The notes below the pieces were generated by a model. It ran no database searches. It was not told the origin of the DNA and saw only the letters and a list, made by a program, of their open reading frames with translations. From Nemertoderma westbladi (Eukaryota > Animalia > Xenacoelomorpha), in the NCBI GenBank assembly GCA_032718475.1, contig JAUCBJ010008936.1:62001-126000 (forward strand): DNA of 64,000 bases. Direction: 5' to 3'. Position numbers and translations under genes: made by a program. Shown here piece by piece: positions 23,742 through 37,468 of this stretch (within the stretch, counting starts at the first letter, position 1; each line of letters begins with the position of its first letter).

Positions 23742-26392
23742 TCATTAATTACAATTTTTCTAATTCTTCATAATATTTTTATAAAAATACATCCCTTAAA
23801 ATCAAATCATTACAACTTATGATACATTAATAAATTGTTGATTAACACAGGACCACCATTCCTCTAATCCAAATATATTGTAGTATAATACAGTATAATT
23901 GTAAGGCTTTATACCTATAATATACTGCTCCATACAAATAGCCTAAGAGAGCGGCATTACCGGTAGCAATTTCCGCGGACATAAAAAGATAAAATCAGCG
24001 GACATAATGAGTAAATTCAACGGACAAAAAAAAATATTGTGGATCTAAAGCACTGTATCCTAGTGGACCAGTGAATCCTTTGACAATCAGTGAATAACTA
24101 CTCCCACAGCCCACCTCCCATCTCTCTCTCACAAACTCAGCTGTCCTACCAAACTAATGTGTTCTATACTATCTCCCTATAGAACCTGTTGTATTACATC
24201 TAACCAATATTAGTTAACTTCTCTCTCTACCTTCATGAAGGGCCTATGAATTTCGATGGTTACACCAAATAATTCCACACTGCTACTAATGACTCACCAG
24301 CAGATAGCTTTTCCAGTGCCCTTCAATGATTGGCTAAACTCTTGGCTATCATTTGGTTACATGTTATGCCTGCCTGCCTATAAGCAAAACAACAACAATA
24401 TTCTGTACATTATTACTGTTCTAGGTTTGGGTATTGCGTTATTTTATATATATAGCTAATGGTCTGAATGTAGATCAATCGCACGATCGGACCACTTTTC
24501 TTCATATTTGTTTTTAAGCCTAAGGCAGTAAGGCAGGTACAACTGTAGCATACTGTAACCCGTATTTATGTTAATTAATTGCTTTGATTTTAGGTTTAAG
24601 CATAAGTACTTATGTAATTATATAGTACTTATGTAGTATATAGGCCTGTCTACCTGTAGCTTCTATGCTATATCAGTTCAGTACATAGTAGGCCAATACT
24701 TAGGCTGTTAGGCCACCAGTATTGGTTATGTGGTTTGGAAGCAGTGGAATTGTGCACTGGAAAGCACCCAACCACCCAGACCACCCACCGTGGTCTTGTG
24801 GTACTTTAAATTAATCTAATTAATAATAAAACTAATAAATTAATCATAATAATTAATTTATCTAATCTAAAGCCCCGGTTTCCATGATTTAACATAGCTA
24901 CAGTACTATAGCTATAGTACTATATACTAATACTTATATATAATATAGCTAAATTGCAAGTAATGCTAGCTGTAGTAATACTACAGCTGCAATAGTACTA
25001 CTATGCTAATTAATACTACAATTAATAGTAATACTAACAGTTGGCCGTGTCTCACAGCTACCTCCTACTGTATTTCAGATACTCTCATCCCTGTTTCACA
25101 ACACTACTACCGCTAAATGTGGAATGCCCCAGTACTGGTTCTGCTACTGCAGTACCTACAAAATCTATATATATAATTATATCAATCAAGAGATTAAATA
25201 ATATTTTTATAATCTGAGGCGAATCGGAGCAGCACTTAGGCTGCTTAGCGATAGTCCAGGCATTATTAAAAAAAATGGAAATAAAAACCAATACGAAAAA
25301 AAAGGCAATTAAAAACTGGTATTGAAGAAAAAGATAATAAAAACCAATAAGAAAAACGGCAAGTAAAGTAAAGTAAAAACTGATAGATTGCACAACCACA
25401 TGACCCCCTTGGTTTGGCCGCTGGTTCACTCTAAAAAAACTTCTTTGTAAAATTGCAAAGAAAATCTTGTTTGATCTTTTTTACTAGATTTTCTTTGGAA
25501 AAGTTTCAAGGATTTTATCAGATTACCAAGATGAAGTCAATTTGACAATATTTATCTAGGCATCTGGATCTTGTTGAAAATCATCTTGGAAATGTTGGCG
25601 GTTTGTTACCTACACAAGCAGACTTTCATACAGTACCGGCACTGTATCACTGCAGCCAGCCATGCAGTCAAGTCAGGCTGTCAGGTGGACACAGGGCAGC
25701 AGGGTAGTGCAGTACAGCAGTTCAGCAGTACAGTGTGAGTGTAGTCTGGCAGTAATGCCATTTCTGACCTTTACTGGTACCGGTACCGGTAATACTTCTC
25801 CGTACCGGTAGCGGTAATATACCAGTATACTGTGACGCCTACTGCTGTACTGGTAATACCATACTGCCATAACAGACATAGGGCAGTAGGGCCTACTTAC
25901 AGACTTAATACTGTTAGACTGTAGGCACTAATACCGGTAGGCCTACTGTAATAGCAGAGCTAATTCCAGAATACCGTACGTACCGGACCGGTCTGCCACT
26001 GCCGGTAGGCTGTCAGGCTGTACCCGTACCGGTTACCGATCTAGCACCTAGCTGCCTAGCCTGCTAGCGGTACGGTACCGGTCAGCCGGTAGTTATGCAG
26101 TTACTGACTTCTGGGAACACTTCTGACTGACTGACTGGACACTACTGACTTCTGACTGGGAAAATTGAACTTCTCCTCGACTGCTATATAGATTAGCTAG
26201 GCCTATGTATATATACCTGTATATACCTATATGGCCTATACAGCTATATAGGCCTAATATGCCAGTAATGCTTAGGCCCTTATATAGGCCTAATACTTTT
26301 ATTCTCATTCGGCATTCATTTGACTTTCATTTGGTATTCTTTTAATAATTCACGCTTTAGCAGCTTCATTAAAATTGTTATAAGACTTTAGG

Positions 26393-28957
26393 ATGCTATC
26401 CTGTATCCACTGTTCTTTGAGCTTGAGAACATTGACCTCTTATCGTAATCATTTGAGGGAATTTCATAAAATTCGAGTTCATCAAAGGTTTAAGATCATC
26501 TGCGGCCAGGATGGATGCTCATTAGATTTCTACTTCTTTCAATCGTTAAGTAGACACATAAAATCCAAACATTCCCAGTTGCTTTCAGCAGCTGGAAATA
26601 ACCAAAACACACCTCTTACTCTTCCACACTTTGGCCCACCACTACAACCTGATGCAGATTTGGGAAATGATGACGATACTATCCCTACTGCTGCTGCTAC
26701 AGATGATATTTCAACTCCGATAGTCCAGTTAGAAAAAATGCTTAATAGTAAGATAGAAAAATCAATTTCAATAAATGAGGAATTTAATGTTGATGCTCTA
26801 CTGCTGGTATCAAAACTTAAAGGGAGCCCGGTTATTCCACAATCATCAATTACAGAAATTATAAATAACATTGAAGAATGCTTCTGCTATCCACTTTCAT
26901 TAATCCGTGAAGCATTGGAACATATCTTAATAAAGGCAAATCTTTCAGAATCTGACCTTAATGATTATAACCTTGTCATAAAGGCATTACATTTTTATAG
27001 TCGTCCTTTTATAGGTATTAAAACAGATTATAAGCAGAATAAAGTTTTGGAAAAGTTGAACTGCTACATTCCCCCAAAAACATATACCATAAATCAAACA
27101 ATGGTGGCTGTCCCTGGCCACAATCCAGAAGACATTGTTTATAAAACTAAACTCCTTAATGGAAGTTACATTCCTCTTGAGCCATTACTTCAAAAGTTTT
27201 TATCTATTCCCAATGTATTCAACACAATAATTCAACACCTCAAGGGAGACAGCAATGGCAGAATAACAGATTTTAAAGATGGCCAATTATGGATTCAAAA
27301 CCCAACTCGTATGTTGCATGAGAAAGATCCTTATTCAATTGTCATTCCTGTTTTTTTTTACCAGGATGACTTGGAAGTTACAAATCCTCTTGGTTCAAAG
27401 ACCACTATTCATAAAATTGGAAATGCCTATCTCACTATTAAAGGGTTACCGCCTCGTTTTAATAGCAGGTTATCTAACTTACTACTAGCTATAATGCATT
27501 ACGCAACTGATAGAACACAGTTTGGTAACAAAGCCACATTTTCAATTCTTATTGATATGCTGGGATCATTAGAAACGAAAGGGTTTTTGTTAACTCACGA
27601 AGGTAAATCTTATACAGTGTATGTGGTTTTGTCCATGGTCCATGGTGACAACCTTGCTGTCAATTCAATGCTTGGTTATATTGAAGGTTTTACAGGGAAT
27701 TATTCCTGTCGTGCTTGCCTGTGTCACCGTGGTGACTTTGTTAAAACATTTTATGAACAAAACTCACTTAATCGGCATTGTGATAACTATCAAGAACATG
27801 TAAATAGAGATAATCCATCTGAGACGGGTATTAAAGCAGAGTGTTGCTTTAACTCACTCCCTTCATACCATGTGTACAAAAATCAAACTTTTGATATCAT
27901 GCATGATATACTAGAGGGTGTTTGCCAATATGTTATTCCAAAATGTTTGTTTAAATTGATTTTTGAATTTGAGTTCTTCACAACAAATGATCTAAACAGA
28001 CGAATTAAGGGTTTCAAATTTGATCATACTTCTATTCCTCCTCTATTTCATGAAGATAAATTGAGAAAGCAATTGTCAATTTCTATAACCGCTTCTCAAA
28101 TGCTAAATTTCTGTTTAGCATTTCCACTGTTGGTCGGAGATTTTGTTCCTTCAGGCAACATTTACTGGATTATCTTGCTAAAAATGAGGGAGGTTTTGCT
28201 TTTTTGTTTGTCTCCAAGCTTTGTTAAACAAGATCTCGAACTTTTTTCAACTGAAATAGCAGAATTTTTGGAAATATATGTTGGAACATTTGAACTCCAG
28301 AGGCTTCAGCCGAAATTCCATAATATGATCCACTATCCTGAAGCAGTGAGACAGGCAGGCCCCTTGGTATGGATGTGGTCACTAAGATGTGAAGCTAAAC
28401 ATCGCGATGCAAAAAGAACTGCAGCTGTTGTTTGTTGTTTTAAAAATATTGTGAAAACATTATCCAAGCAACATCAATTATCATTATCATATAAATTGCA
28501 CAGTGGCAGTGGTATTGGTGTTGGTGATGAAGTAGTTATAAAGATACCGGTGGCAACAACCTTTGCAAATCTCGAGAATGGTTTAGCTTTTTCAACACTT
28601 ATAGACAACTATGGAATGGATAGGGATATAATTTCTTCTACTAGTATCGATATTTGTTCTGTTCGGTATACTATTGGACATGTCCTCTGTCATGATATTA
28701 TTAACAATGATTTGAATTTTCCAGAATTCGGTTTTATTTGCCACATATTTGTTTTAGATAATGGAGATTTTGTATTTATTTGCAGCAAATTAACTACAGT
28801 AAATTACTCTGAACACCTACAGGCTTTTGAAGTTGAGAAATCATATCGAAATTCATATTTCATTATTGGTTCCATAGATTCTCTTATTAGTCCATGGCCA
28901 TTACATCTCCACTCTAGCCATTCAAAGTTTTATGTTGCTTTGCGTCATCGATTTTAA
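26393..28957 (+). CDS. EnSpm/CMC-type transposase, 854 aa
   Basis: N-terminal C2H2 pair; YQDDLEVTNPLGS..HKIG, GDNL..GY.EGF..CRAC, DIMHDILEGV, PKFH.MIHYP..GP..W.LRCEAKH; uninterrupted. Confidence 0.92.
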   Translation: MLSCIHCSLSLRTLTSYRNHLREFHKIRVHQRFKIICGQDGCSLDFYFFQSLSRHIKSKHSQLLSAAGNNQNTPLTLPHFGPPLQPDADLGNDDDTIPTAAATDDISTPIVQLEKMLNSKIEKSISINEEFNVDALLLVSKLKGSPVIPQSSITEIINNIEECFCYPLSLIREALEHILIKANLSESDLNDYNLVIKALHFYSRPFIGIKTDYKQNKVLEKLNCYIPPKTYTINQTMVAVPGHNPEDIVYKTKLLNGSYIPLEPLLQKFLSIPNVFNTIIQHLKGDSNGRITDFKDGQLWIQNPTRMLHEKDPYSIVIPVFFYQDDLEVTNPLGSKTTIHKIGNAYLTIKGLPPRFNSRLSNLLLAIMHYATDRTQFGNKATFSILIDMLGSLETKGFLLTHEGKSYTVYVVLSMVHGDNLAVNSMLGYIEGFTGNYSCRACLCHRGDFVKTFYEQNSLNRHCDNYQEHVNRDNPSETGIKAECCFNSLPSYHVYKNQTFDIMHDILEGVCQYVIPKCLFKLIFEFEFFTTNDLNRRIKGFKFDHTSIPPLFHEDKLRKQLSISITASQMLNFCLAFPLLVGDFVPSGNIYWIILLKMREVLLFCLSPSFVKQDLELFSTEIAEFLEIYVGTFELQRLQPKFHNMIHYPEAVRQAGPLVWMWSLRCEAKHRDAKRTAAVVCCFKNIVKTLSKQHQLSLSYKLHSGSGIGVGDEVVIKIPVATTFANLENGLAFSTLIDNYGMDRDIISSTSIDICSVRYTIGHVLCHDIINNDLNFPEFGFICHIFVLDNGDFVFICSKLTTVNYSEHLQAFEVEKSYRNSYFIIGSIDSLISPWPLHLHSSHSKFYVALRHRF

Positions 28958-29186
28958 GGGCCTATCAGTACCGGTACCATTATATGTACCGGTATATATA
29001 TATATATATATATACCGGTATATATTTAATATACAGATATAGGCTGCATCTTACAGTCTTACTTTTATACAACCTTATGACTGGCAATAATTATTACAAC
29101 CACACAATATATAATAATACATACAGCATATTAGGCTTTTTATACTCGTATGGTGTTTGTATTTCTGTAATTCTATTAATTTAATT

Positions 29187-31198
29187 ATGAAGGATATTCA
29201 TAGTATTATGAGAACTCACTGTAAGGATTGTGAGGAAGGTGAATGTCCGGAATACTTTTTGCCTGATGATACGGGTAAGTCGCAAGCTTGTACTTATTGT
29301 GGATGTCCACCAGTCAAACATGCCAAAGGAGATGGAGAGTCGGCTTCTGGGATTGCCCCTGATGTAGGCCTAAGTGCTGGAAATTCAAATATGGAGCAAT
29401 CTGATATTTCTCCTACTGTGTCGTCCTATACCGGTATTTGTTCACCAATACCTGAACCACCAGTGCCAATTTATTCAAGTACTCCTAAGGTGCGAATCTG
29501 CCAAGATGGTCTTGTTGATATACTGCGGATGTCCGCCGAGGGCCGTGATTTGTTAAAACGATGTGGCAATGGGGTGCCGCTTGGGGAGGCTCATAGAAGC
29601 ACGTTGGTTTCGCTTATAGTCTCTTCGTGTTATGATGCTGGGTTGAATCACGAACAACTACAAGAGTGGGCCGTTAATATTACAAAGGTATTTCCTAGCG
29701 AACGTGCAAACACCTATTTCTATAAAAAGACGGTGACAAAGTCGGTGAAAGTTAAAGATTCCGCAACCAGTAAAGACTATAAAACACAAGTTGCTTGCGG
29801 TAAACTGTATAATAGGTAAGTTGAATATTTAGTTAATTGTATAGGCCTACAACATAACATATATATTTAGACATTTCGTATTTGCAGTCATTATACAACA
29901 GTAGGGGCTACGGGGTAGTATTGTACTATCTTTGGAATTGCAGACATTGTCAATGTAATCTTTCAAAAACACAATCAAGCAAAGCAAACAGTCGGTCGAA
30001 GCCGGAGGCGACCCGAAGGCTCCTCTTTCGTAGCTGCTACCCGAAGGTAGGGGTGGGTGCTACTCCTATCCCCAGTTTTGCTCCCAATAATTCTACTGTT
30101 CCTCATTTTATCGACCCCAGAGGAAGAAAGTACAACACAAAGGAAATGTAGGTCCTCAAACGAATTGGAGACTGGCGATTAATACCGGTACATGTTAATA
30201 TTATATGAATTATAGGGATTAGGATTATATTATAGGATTTTTGGATTATATGAATGAAAATGCGATACTGTATTTAAGTTCGGTTGATTTTAATAACAGT
30301 ATATTTGTATTAACTTTTCAGGTTCGTAACTGTAAGGAAAAAACTTAAAACATCAAAGGAAAGTCAATCGGTTGGCATAGCTGCTATGGCTGTTGAACAA
30401 CCACTAAGTGGTTTTAATGTGGACGACATTAAAGCGGAAGTAGAAGAGGAGTTGAACTATCTGACACTTAATGGTTTTGAAAGAAGTAAATTCATAGCAA
30501 CAACATTGTACCGCTTAGTCGGGTTTTATCATGGGGCAATTATTCTCGCTGATCTGCCATACATGCTAGACAATAGCATAGTATATGAATGCATTTGTCA
30601 CGATTTCGTCCATTTGTGGAAGGTGGTAAAAAATGTAACAGACTTGAATGAAAACGCCTTATTCACCCCGAGTTTCATTGATGTTTGCCGCCAACTGATT
30701 GTGATGGAGAAAATAGGGAGCATTGACCCTGGTGATCTGAACGAGACTGCTACTGCAAAGATAGGTTTGTTCTTGCTGACAGAGAAGCTCTGTAATAAGA
30801 TGTCTGTACAGATATCCCGATCTAATCGAAAGTTTTGGCGCCCATCCATTTCTGATGCGAAGAGTTCGTTCATAATGGAGGCTGTGGATCATGCAGCCAT
30901 GGATAAACAGATACTGACTTTGTCATCTGAATATGCCCGTATGGGTTTGCAAGTAAACCCATTTGTAGTTCTACTTAAAGATTCCTCGCAGAGCGTCGTT
31001 ATCTATAATGATCTTCGGTTTCAGCGGCCAACCCTTCTGCAAGGTGTTGACCTAGCTTTTAAGTTGTCGAACGTGTGTTACTTACGGTATCCGGCTGCAT
31101 CGCTTCCTGTGTGGCTCTTTTTGGAGCACATTTTTGGGGTCCCACCGTCCGAAATATCTTCTAAAGTCTCAAGTCTTCTCTCCGACTTAAAGTTGTAA
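29187..31198 (+). CDS. EnSpm second (accessory) gene, two exons 29187-29815 and 30322-31198
   Basis: AG|GTAAG donor and TTTTCAG|G acceptor join in frame to give GKLYNRFVTVRKKLK; C-terminal LLQGVDLAFKL..V..LRYP..VWLFLEH is typical of animal EnSpm ORF2. Confidence 0.8.
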
Positions 31199-31854
31199 TT
31201 GTTTGTGAAACATTTCAGGTATATTGTGCTTATTGAAGGAATATTTTGTTGTTATGTTTGTAATTTGTTATGGTTGTTATGTTGTAATTTGTTATGCTAG
31301 CAGATATACTTTATCTTTTTTTTAATCGAAAAATAATTTTATTCAAAAATTTAAATATTTCTTTCCGACTTTCCGATGAGGCGTTGTTTTAATACAATGT
31401 ACCGTACCATACCGGTATAACGTGCAGTGTTTGATATGCTGATTGCAAGGCCTACTTAGGGTGCGCCATAGAATTTGACCCCAAGAGTGGATTTTAAGTA
31501 AAGTTCTAGCAGTAAACATTACTAATATATCGAACCTATTGACGTCTTGATAATAATTTCTAGGCCCTCAATTATCAGGAAGTACCAGTTGGCTGCGCGC
31601 CCTGTCTTCTATAGTAGGCCTTGGATGATTGCTACCGGTACAACAGCACAGGATATAGGAAAGTGAAACTAAAATATGACAATATGACAATGACAGTACT
31701 AATGTAATAATGTGATAGTTAATTAATGTAATAGTGTGAGCTTACAAAAAAGTGTGAGCGGACATAAAAGTTAAACTTTTATTGACGCTGTTGATACTGA
31801 CAGAGGAAATAAATGTTTAAAATTTGGAATAAAATTACATATAACGCTGCTAAA

Positions 31855-31949
31855 AGCACGTTATAGGAAAACAGTACTCGTCTACTTTAATTGCCTCGCT
31901 GCGCTCGGCGAGTAAACCGACTCGTACTGTTTAACTATAATAAAGTGCT
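31855..31949. mobile_element. Short hairpin element (Crypton-like non-autonomous MITE?)
   Basis: Imperfect inverted arms agcac.ttatag..aaacagtac / gtactgttt..ctataa...gtgct around a GCCTCGCTGCGCTCGGC core. Confidence 0.5.
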
Positions 31950-32804
31950 ATATCTTTAACTGTGATATAACTGTAATAAATAGTTATTTTTAAATGTTTC
32001 GAAGGTTTTTAATAATTAGTAGGTTTTATATTAATTAGTTTGTTTGTTTTATTTCTCAGTAGTAACTTTTTTGGCAGTATAATTTTGTAATTTAACCACC
32101 TATGAATGAATAAATAAAGTGTCAGTGTTATTAGTTTTATATCTTGTAAAGTACATCTGATACATCTTGGTAAATAAACGTTGAATCTGGTCAGTTTTTT
32201 TGCAATTACCTTTGAGCAATTTCGCTTGGTATCTGGTTAACTTGCTTAAATATCTTGCTTTGATCGCCAGATATTTTTGGCAATTACACCAGATATTTTA
32301 GTAATATAATTTGACAAGATAATCATGCCAATTTGCCAACGTATATTGTGCCTATTTTTTGGCATGATTATCTTGGCAGTTTCCATATTTTTTTTTGCAG
32401 ATTGCCAAATTATTTTTTAGAGTGTTCCTATTGATACTTTGACCTTTCTATCTAAATCATGTACCGGTACTTCAAACATTAATTTAAGTCTTTTTGGGTT
32501 GTGAACTCATAACTCAGTTCTACCCAGTAGTTACTGGTATGAAACAACTCGTATCTTGTAGTTCAATTTTAATAGCGCTCATAGTACTTTCACACCTCAC
32601 ATACTGTACTGATGTTACTCTTATTCCACTGTGCCACTTTTTTAATGTCATTCTTACACATAGGCCTTCATTCACTTAATTACTTAAATTTACTATGCAA
32701 ATATTCAATTATAATTAAATTAAAATCGTATTCATACCTTAAAATAATTGTGCAATCATTTTCACATATATACATATAATAAATGCAATACAATTATACG
32801 AATT

Positions 32805-32995
32805 CAGTTCATATAGGTATCAAGTATAATTGCTTTACTTTCAGTTACTTTTACACATTTCATAAAGGTATTAAGTATAATTGCAGTAATTCAAGGTACT
32901 TTTTTACTCAGTTCATAAAGGTGTCAAATATAATAAATTGCTCTACCCCAGTTAATTTTATTCAGTTCATAAAGGTTTAGAAGTATAATTGCATA
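32805..32995. repeat. Degenerate ~53-bp tandem repeat
   Basis: ttcata.aggt...aagtataattgc four times. Confidence 0.7.
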
Positions 32996-33544
32996 ATTTC
33001 AATTTACTTTTATTTCCAATATCTTGCTGACTGTTTGATACATCTAATGCAGAAAACAATATTTGTTTTTGTCAAGGATTTGCAGAAATCGTCTGTCTTA
33101 GAGGAACAAAATAACGTAACTCATTAAAATCGTAACTCTTTCAATCTCTGACTAAATTATACCAAACTTGGTAAACATGCAATCTTGTCTATCGGCTAAA
33201 ATATACACAATTTGCTAAAATTTTCCCTATAATGTTTTTTTCCTATAGAACAGGATGCAGTTTTATTTTAGTAGAAAACAAGCTGTTATTTGTGTAGATT
33301 TTCACCTGTGGAGGGGAGAATATTGATTCCCCCCCCCCCCCCCCCCCCCCATCAATTAGTCTGTCAAAAGATACAATTCATTATAAACATAACAAAATTA
33401 ATTATAATAATTCTAAAAATATACCCCCCCCCCCCCCCTCCGGTTTGGACCTGCTGCGTTTTCATATATTTAAAATATGTTGCGGGGTTATGGGAATGTG
33501 TTAGTACAACTACATTTAAATGTTTAGAGGTTCTCATAAATGGG

Positions 33545-33810
33545 ACGGCCATTGACAGCTTGTGGTAAGAGGCAGAAGCATTCTCGGGGAACAATATCAT
33601 GTGGGCAACAAAGTGATACTTGTAGGCTGGCCAGTTGTGCAGTTGATGCCTAGAAGAGCTATTTCCCTATAATAATCTTATCAGATAATACAACGGGTAC
33701 AGACAGGTCTTCCATGCATTCCTACAATTTCAACCATTTGAAAGTGTTTACACAATATCTTTTCAAACACACTCAGTTGTGCATTCACACATGACTCATT
33801 ATTCACATGC
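33545..33810 (-). pseudogene. Relic of a second type of Crypton-like tyrosine recombinase
   Basis: LSVFEKILCKHFQMVEIVGMHGR-VPVVLS matches the LS..EK.LC..F.RVEI.GK.GR.VPVLL motif recalled from metazoan YR proteins; a degenerate HDI follows. Confidence 0.55.
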
Positions 33811-34994
33811 TAACTTTAGCACTATGTTAACTTAACAATATGTGTTATTACTTGTTATTTGTTTAGAGAGTACTCACTCGAGACTCATAACGAGATGGTT
33901 CGGAGAGGGGACATAGAAAATCCGTCAATCAATCAAACAAACCTCTTTCCTAGGAACCATCCTGCTTTTGGAATTTAATTAGATTATAATTGAAAGTCTA
34001 TATTACAATATAGATCTATCTAGACCATATATATATTATATTGAAAGACTATATTTTTTAATAAAATCCCCGGCACTTACATGAGTGCTTGAAAGCTTCC
34101 AGCCAAAAGATGCTTGATCCTGTAACAGTGTGGAATGCAGTGATGCTGATGGCGGCCTGCAATTTCAGATGTATCTCCACATTGTTATAAAGGTCATTGC
34201 CCCCGACACGCAAGAATGTTGGGCATGGATTAGGGACAGCAGAACTATGGTAATAGTTAGTTAGATGTTGGAACTGGCTTAGAGTTTCTATGTAGTATGT
34301 ATGTATGTAGTTTGTATGACCATTAAACGCGCATCTATTGGTAGGTCAATAGGTAGGTAGAAATGTGTAATAAGCTTTCTAATCAATGTGTATAAAACCG
34401 TTACTCAATATTAATTATGTTCATAAGTTCGTAGTTATCTGCGCTGGTGGACAGAATGTTGGTGGAACTAGCTTCTTATTTTTTTCCTGATATATTACTA
34501 GACCCGGAATCACTGTTAGAAACTGAAACAATACTAGAACCTGATTCATCATCAGAACCAGATTCACTACTAGATTTAGGTTCGGAATCTGACTCACTCG
34601 TTGAAGGGTACATGTCAGCATCACAACCTATACCACTCGTCAATACCAGTGTTATGATAACCATGCTCATGAGTACTTTCTACGTCTTTCTCAATTTGTT
34701 CAGTATCCCCCCCCCGTGGTTTTTTTGTTATAATTCTGAAACAAACGCAGTTGGGAATCTGAAATTTTATGACTTTTCCTAAAAATCTATTGTCTATAAG
34801 TGAAAACCGTTTTCAAAAATATTGGGTAGTTTTCGAGTTATAGCACCATTTTTTAACCCTACTTTTGGCAATTTTTTGAGACGTTTTTTGAAAATTACAT
34901 TTCATTAAATATGATTTGTAACATCTCTATTTTTGATTTACACCAGTTTTTTGGTGTTAGCAATTGGATGGAATTCATATAAATTAATTTAGAA

Positions 34995-35310
34995 ATGCAA
35001 TGCACACATCTCCAACCAGACACTATATAACATTGGAGGTGTCTCATTGGTTCCCCCAAGCTTGACAGTAGAACAAAATCGCCTCCACTTTGCAGGACAT
35101 TGCTTTTGCTGTGAGGAACAGCCAGTGCATAATCTTGTACTTCGGCAGCCTCATGGAGTGAATAAGCATGGTGGACAGCCCATGACTTTCTTGAGACGCA
35201 TCTTAAAGGACACTGGCCTTAAAGATGCGGATGATCTAGCAAATGTCTGGGTGATAGGGAGTTGTGGCGGTGCAATTTTGTTGACAAACCGGCACAGCAT
35301 TCTTACAAAT
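34995..35310 (+). mobile_element. RTE-clade LINE 3' fragment
   Basis: HISNQTLY..NRLHFAGHC..QPVHNLVL.QP.G..GG..TF..ILKDTGL..DRELWR is the RTE ORF C-terminus. Confidence 0.75.
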
Positions 35311-35549
35311 GCAGCTGCAATGCAGCATGCCAATCCTAGTAGTTGTAATATATGAGAAATTGTCAACCACATTGACAGTGTTACCAGACGTCGACCAACT
35401 GGACGAATTCGTCTCGAATTCCATTGGGTGAGTAAACAACGCCGGCGGCTGGTATGTTGTCGGTTGGGTGAATCCCCGGCAGAGCGCTGGCAGTGAACTC
35501 ACATCACTGCTGGTGATTCATATACAGATATTGCGAATTGTCCTAGTCA

Positions 35550-35668
35550 GTATCCGGACAATTCGGTCCCGGACAATTCAGTCCCGGACAATTCAGTCCC
35601 GGACAATTCGGTCCCAAAACATAAAATTAATGGGACCGAATTGTCCGGGACCGAATTGTCCTGCTTCC
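35550..35668. mobile_element. Foldback-type MITE made of 15-bp repeats (MULE-like)
   Basis: (GGACAATTCRGTCCC) x4 followed by inverted (GGGACCGAATTGTCC) x2. Confidence 0.65.
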
Positions 35669-35835
35669 AAATAATAAACGTATAGGCCTATATAGGCGTA
35701 TATATTTAGGCGCATTAAGCTCAAACTGAAATCAACTACCGAAAAATCTAAATACAGTAGGCAATAGGAAAAGTTATGTAGAGGTATAACGGTATTTATT
35801 ATTTAAAAATTATTGTTTACATTGATTTTTTTCAG

Positions 35836-36953
35836 TTGGATGCGATAGCACCAGCGTTAATACTGGCTGGAAAAACGGAATAATTGTGAACCTCGAACGG
35901 AAACTAGAAACACCACTTCAACATGCGATATGCCTCCTTCACATCAACGAGCTTCCACTTCGACATCTGATAATAGAACTTGACGGTACTACAACAGGAA
36001 GCAACACATTTTCGGGTCCAGTTGGGAAACTCCTTCATAATTGTCACAAATTTAGCCCTGTTATATTTGAGCCTATTATCAATAATAATTTTCCTGAACT
36101 TGAACAGTCTGTTTCTTCCAAACTTTCGAGTGATCAGCGATATTTATTTGATATCTGCAATGCAGTAATATCTGGAGAACTATGTGAATCAACCGCCAAT
36201 AAAACTCCAGGACCTATCAGTCACTCGAGGTGGCTTACAACTGCGTCAAGAATCCTTCGGCTTTATGTATCTACCGAAGATCCATCTGATGTACTTTCCC
36301 GTCTTTCTTATTTTGTGATAAATATATATGCCCCTTCCTGGTTTAATATAAAGCGTAATTGGGAGATACAATACGGGGCTTTACACTTCCTCCATATGTT
36401 GATTTTGTGTGACAAGTTACTCCTCGATAATGAAAAGACCATTATATTTCCAGTTCTCCGTCAAGGGGCATATTATGCTCACAGCGAAAATGTATTATTA
36501 TCTTTGTTGTCATCTGAAGATAAGGACACTCGATTTCAGGCGTTTGATATAATACGTGAAATTAGAATATCGAAGTTGATAACTAGTGAGCCAATCATTA
36601 GAGTGTTCCGTACCCCTCACATATCGTGTACCGAGAATACATTATTAGAGCTACTTGAAACTAATGAAGAGAAACATCAACCCCCTTTAATAGCTAATAA
36701 ATCTCTTACTGAGCTACAAATGTTACTGGAGAAAGGTCCTATGAAATGGGAAATTCCATGTCATTCCCAGAATGTGGAACAATTGGTTCAATGCGTGTCA
36801 ACTGTATCCAAACGAGTCTGCGGTGTTAAGGAGAGAGATGGCTACATTAGAACTCAATTATCTAGTCGCCAAACAATGCCAAAATTTAATTCTAAGAAAG
36901 ATTTTAAGCTAAAGATAAACCTTAATATCCCCAGTAGTACAGATGGTGTTTAG
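35836..36953 (+). pseudogene. hAT-superfamily (hATm/hATx-like) transposase, 3' exon only
   Basis: After ttttcag|: GCDSTSVNTG..ICLLHINELPLRHL..PGPISHSRWLTTASRILRLY..AHSEN..PCHSQNVE; 5' exon(s) not found. Confidence 0.8.
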
Positions 36954-37468
36954 TTTGAGTTATTGGATTCTGATTTTTCTTATATTGTGTTGGTGGTGAT
37001 TAATAAAGCATCTTGATAGTACTGATCTCGTCCAGACTAATTACAATGTTCACAGACCCAGTTCTACTGTTTATTATCACAAATTTTAGGGATAAGTTGG
37101 TTAAATATACACATTGACAAACATAATGACATAAATAACGATATTTTTTTGCGTATTCGTGAAAAGCAACCTACTTTGGTGACTAGGTGCGGGGGTAGAA
37201 CATATATGAAATTGTAAAATTATCGTTTCTTACAAATAACTAACTAACCAAGAATGCTATAAAATATGGGAAAGTTGAAATATAAAAGGAAAAAAATTTC
37301 ATAAAAAATTTAATTTTTGAAAAAACGTTCGAAACAAAGTTGGCTTGTGCGGGGGTCAAATGTAAAAATAAAATGTTTTCATTTGTTTTGAAGTTATTTT
37401 TAATGAATTTGGCATCCCATTTACGATAGGAAAATTGAATTATCGAAAAAAAATTTTTGCACACCCTA
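36954..37468 (+). mobile_element. Right end of the hAT element
   Basis: Ends TTTTTGCACACCCTA (TAGGGTG TIR); subterminal GTGCGGGGGT twice. Confidence 0.7.

Larger units (their letters stand above)
25427..32424 (+). mobile_element. EnSpm/CMC DNA transposon, apparently autonomous, 7.0 kb
   Basis: TIRs CACTCTAAAAAA / TTTTTTAGAGTG, 2-bp TSD TT, subterminal ATCTTG/CAAGAT repeats, two intact genes. Confidence 0.92.

Noticed and set aside
35370-35525. SINE 3' half
   Set aside because: Vague resemblance only; no A/B boxes or TSD identified
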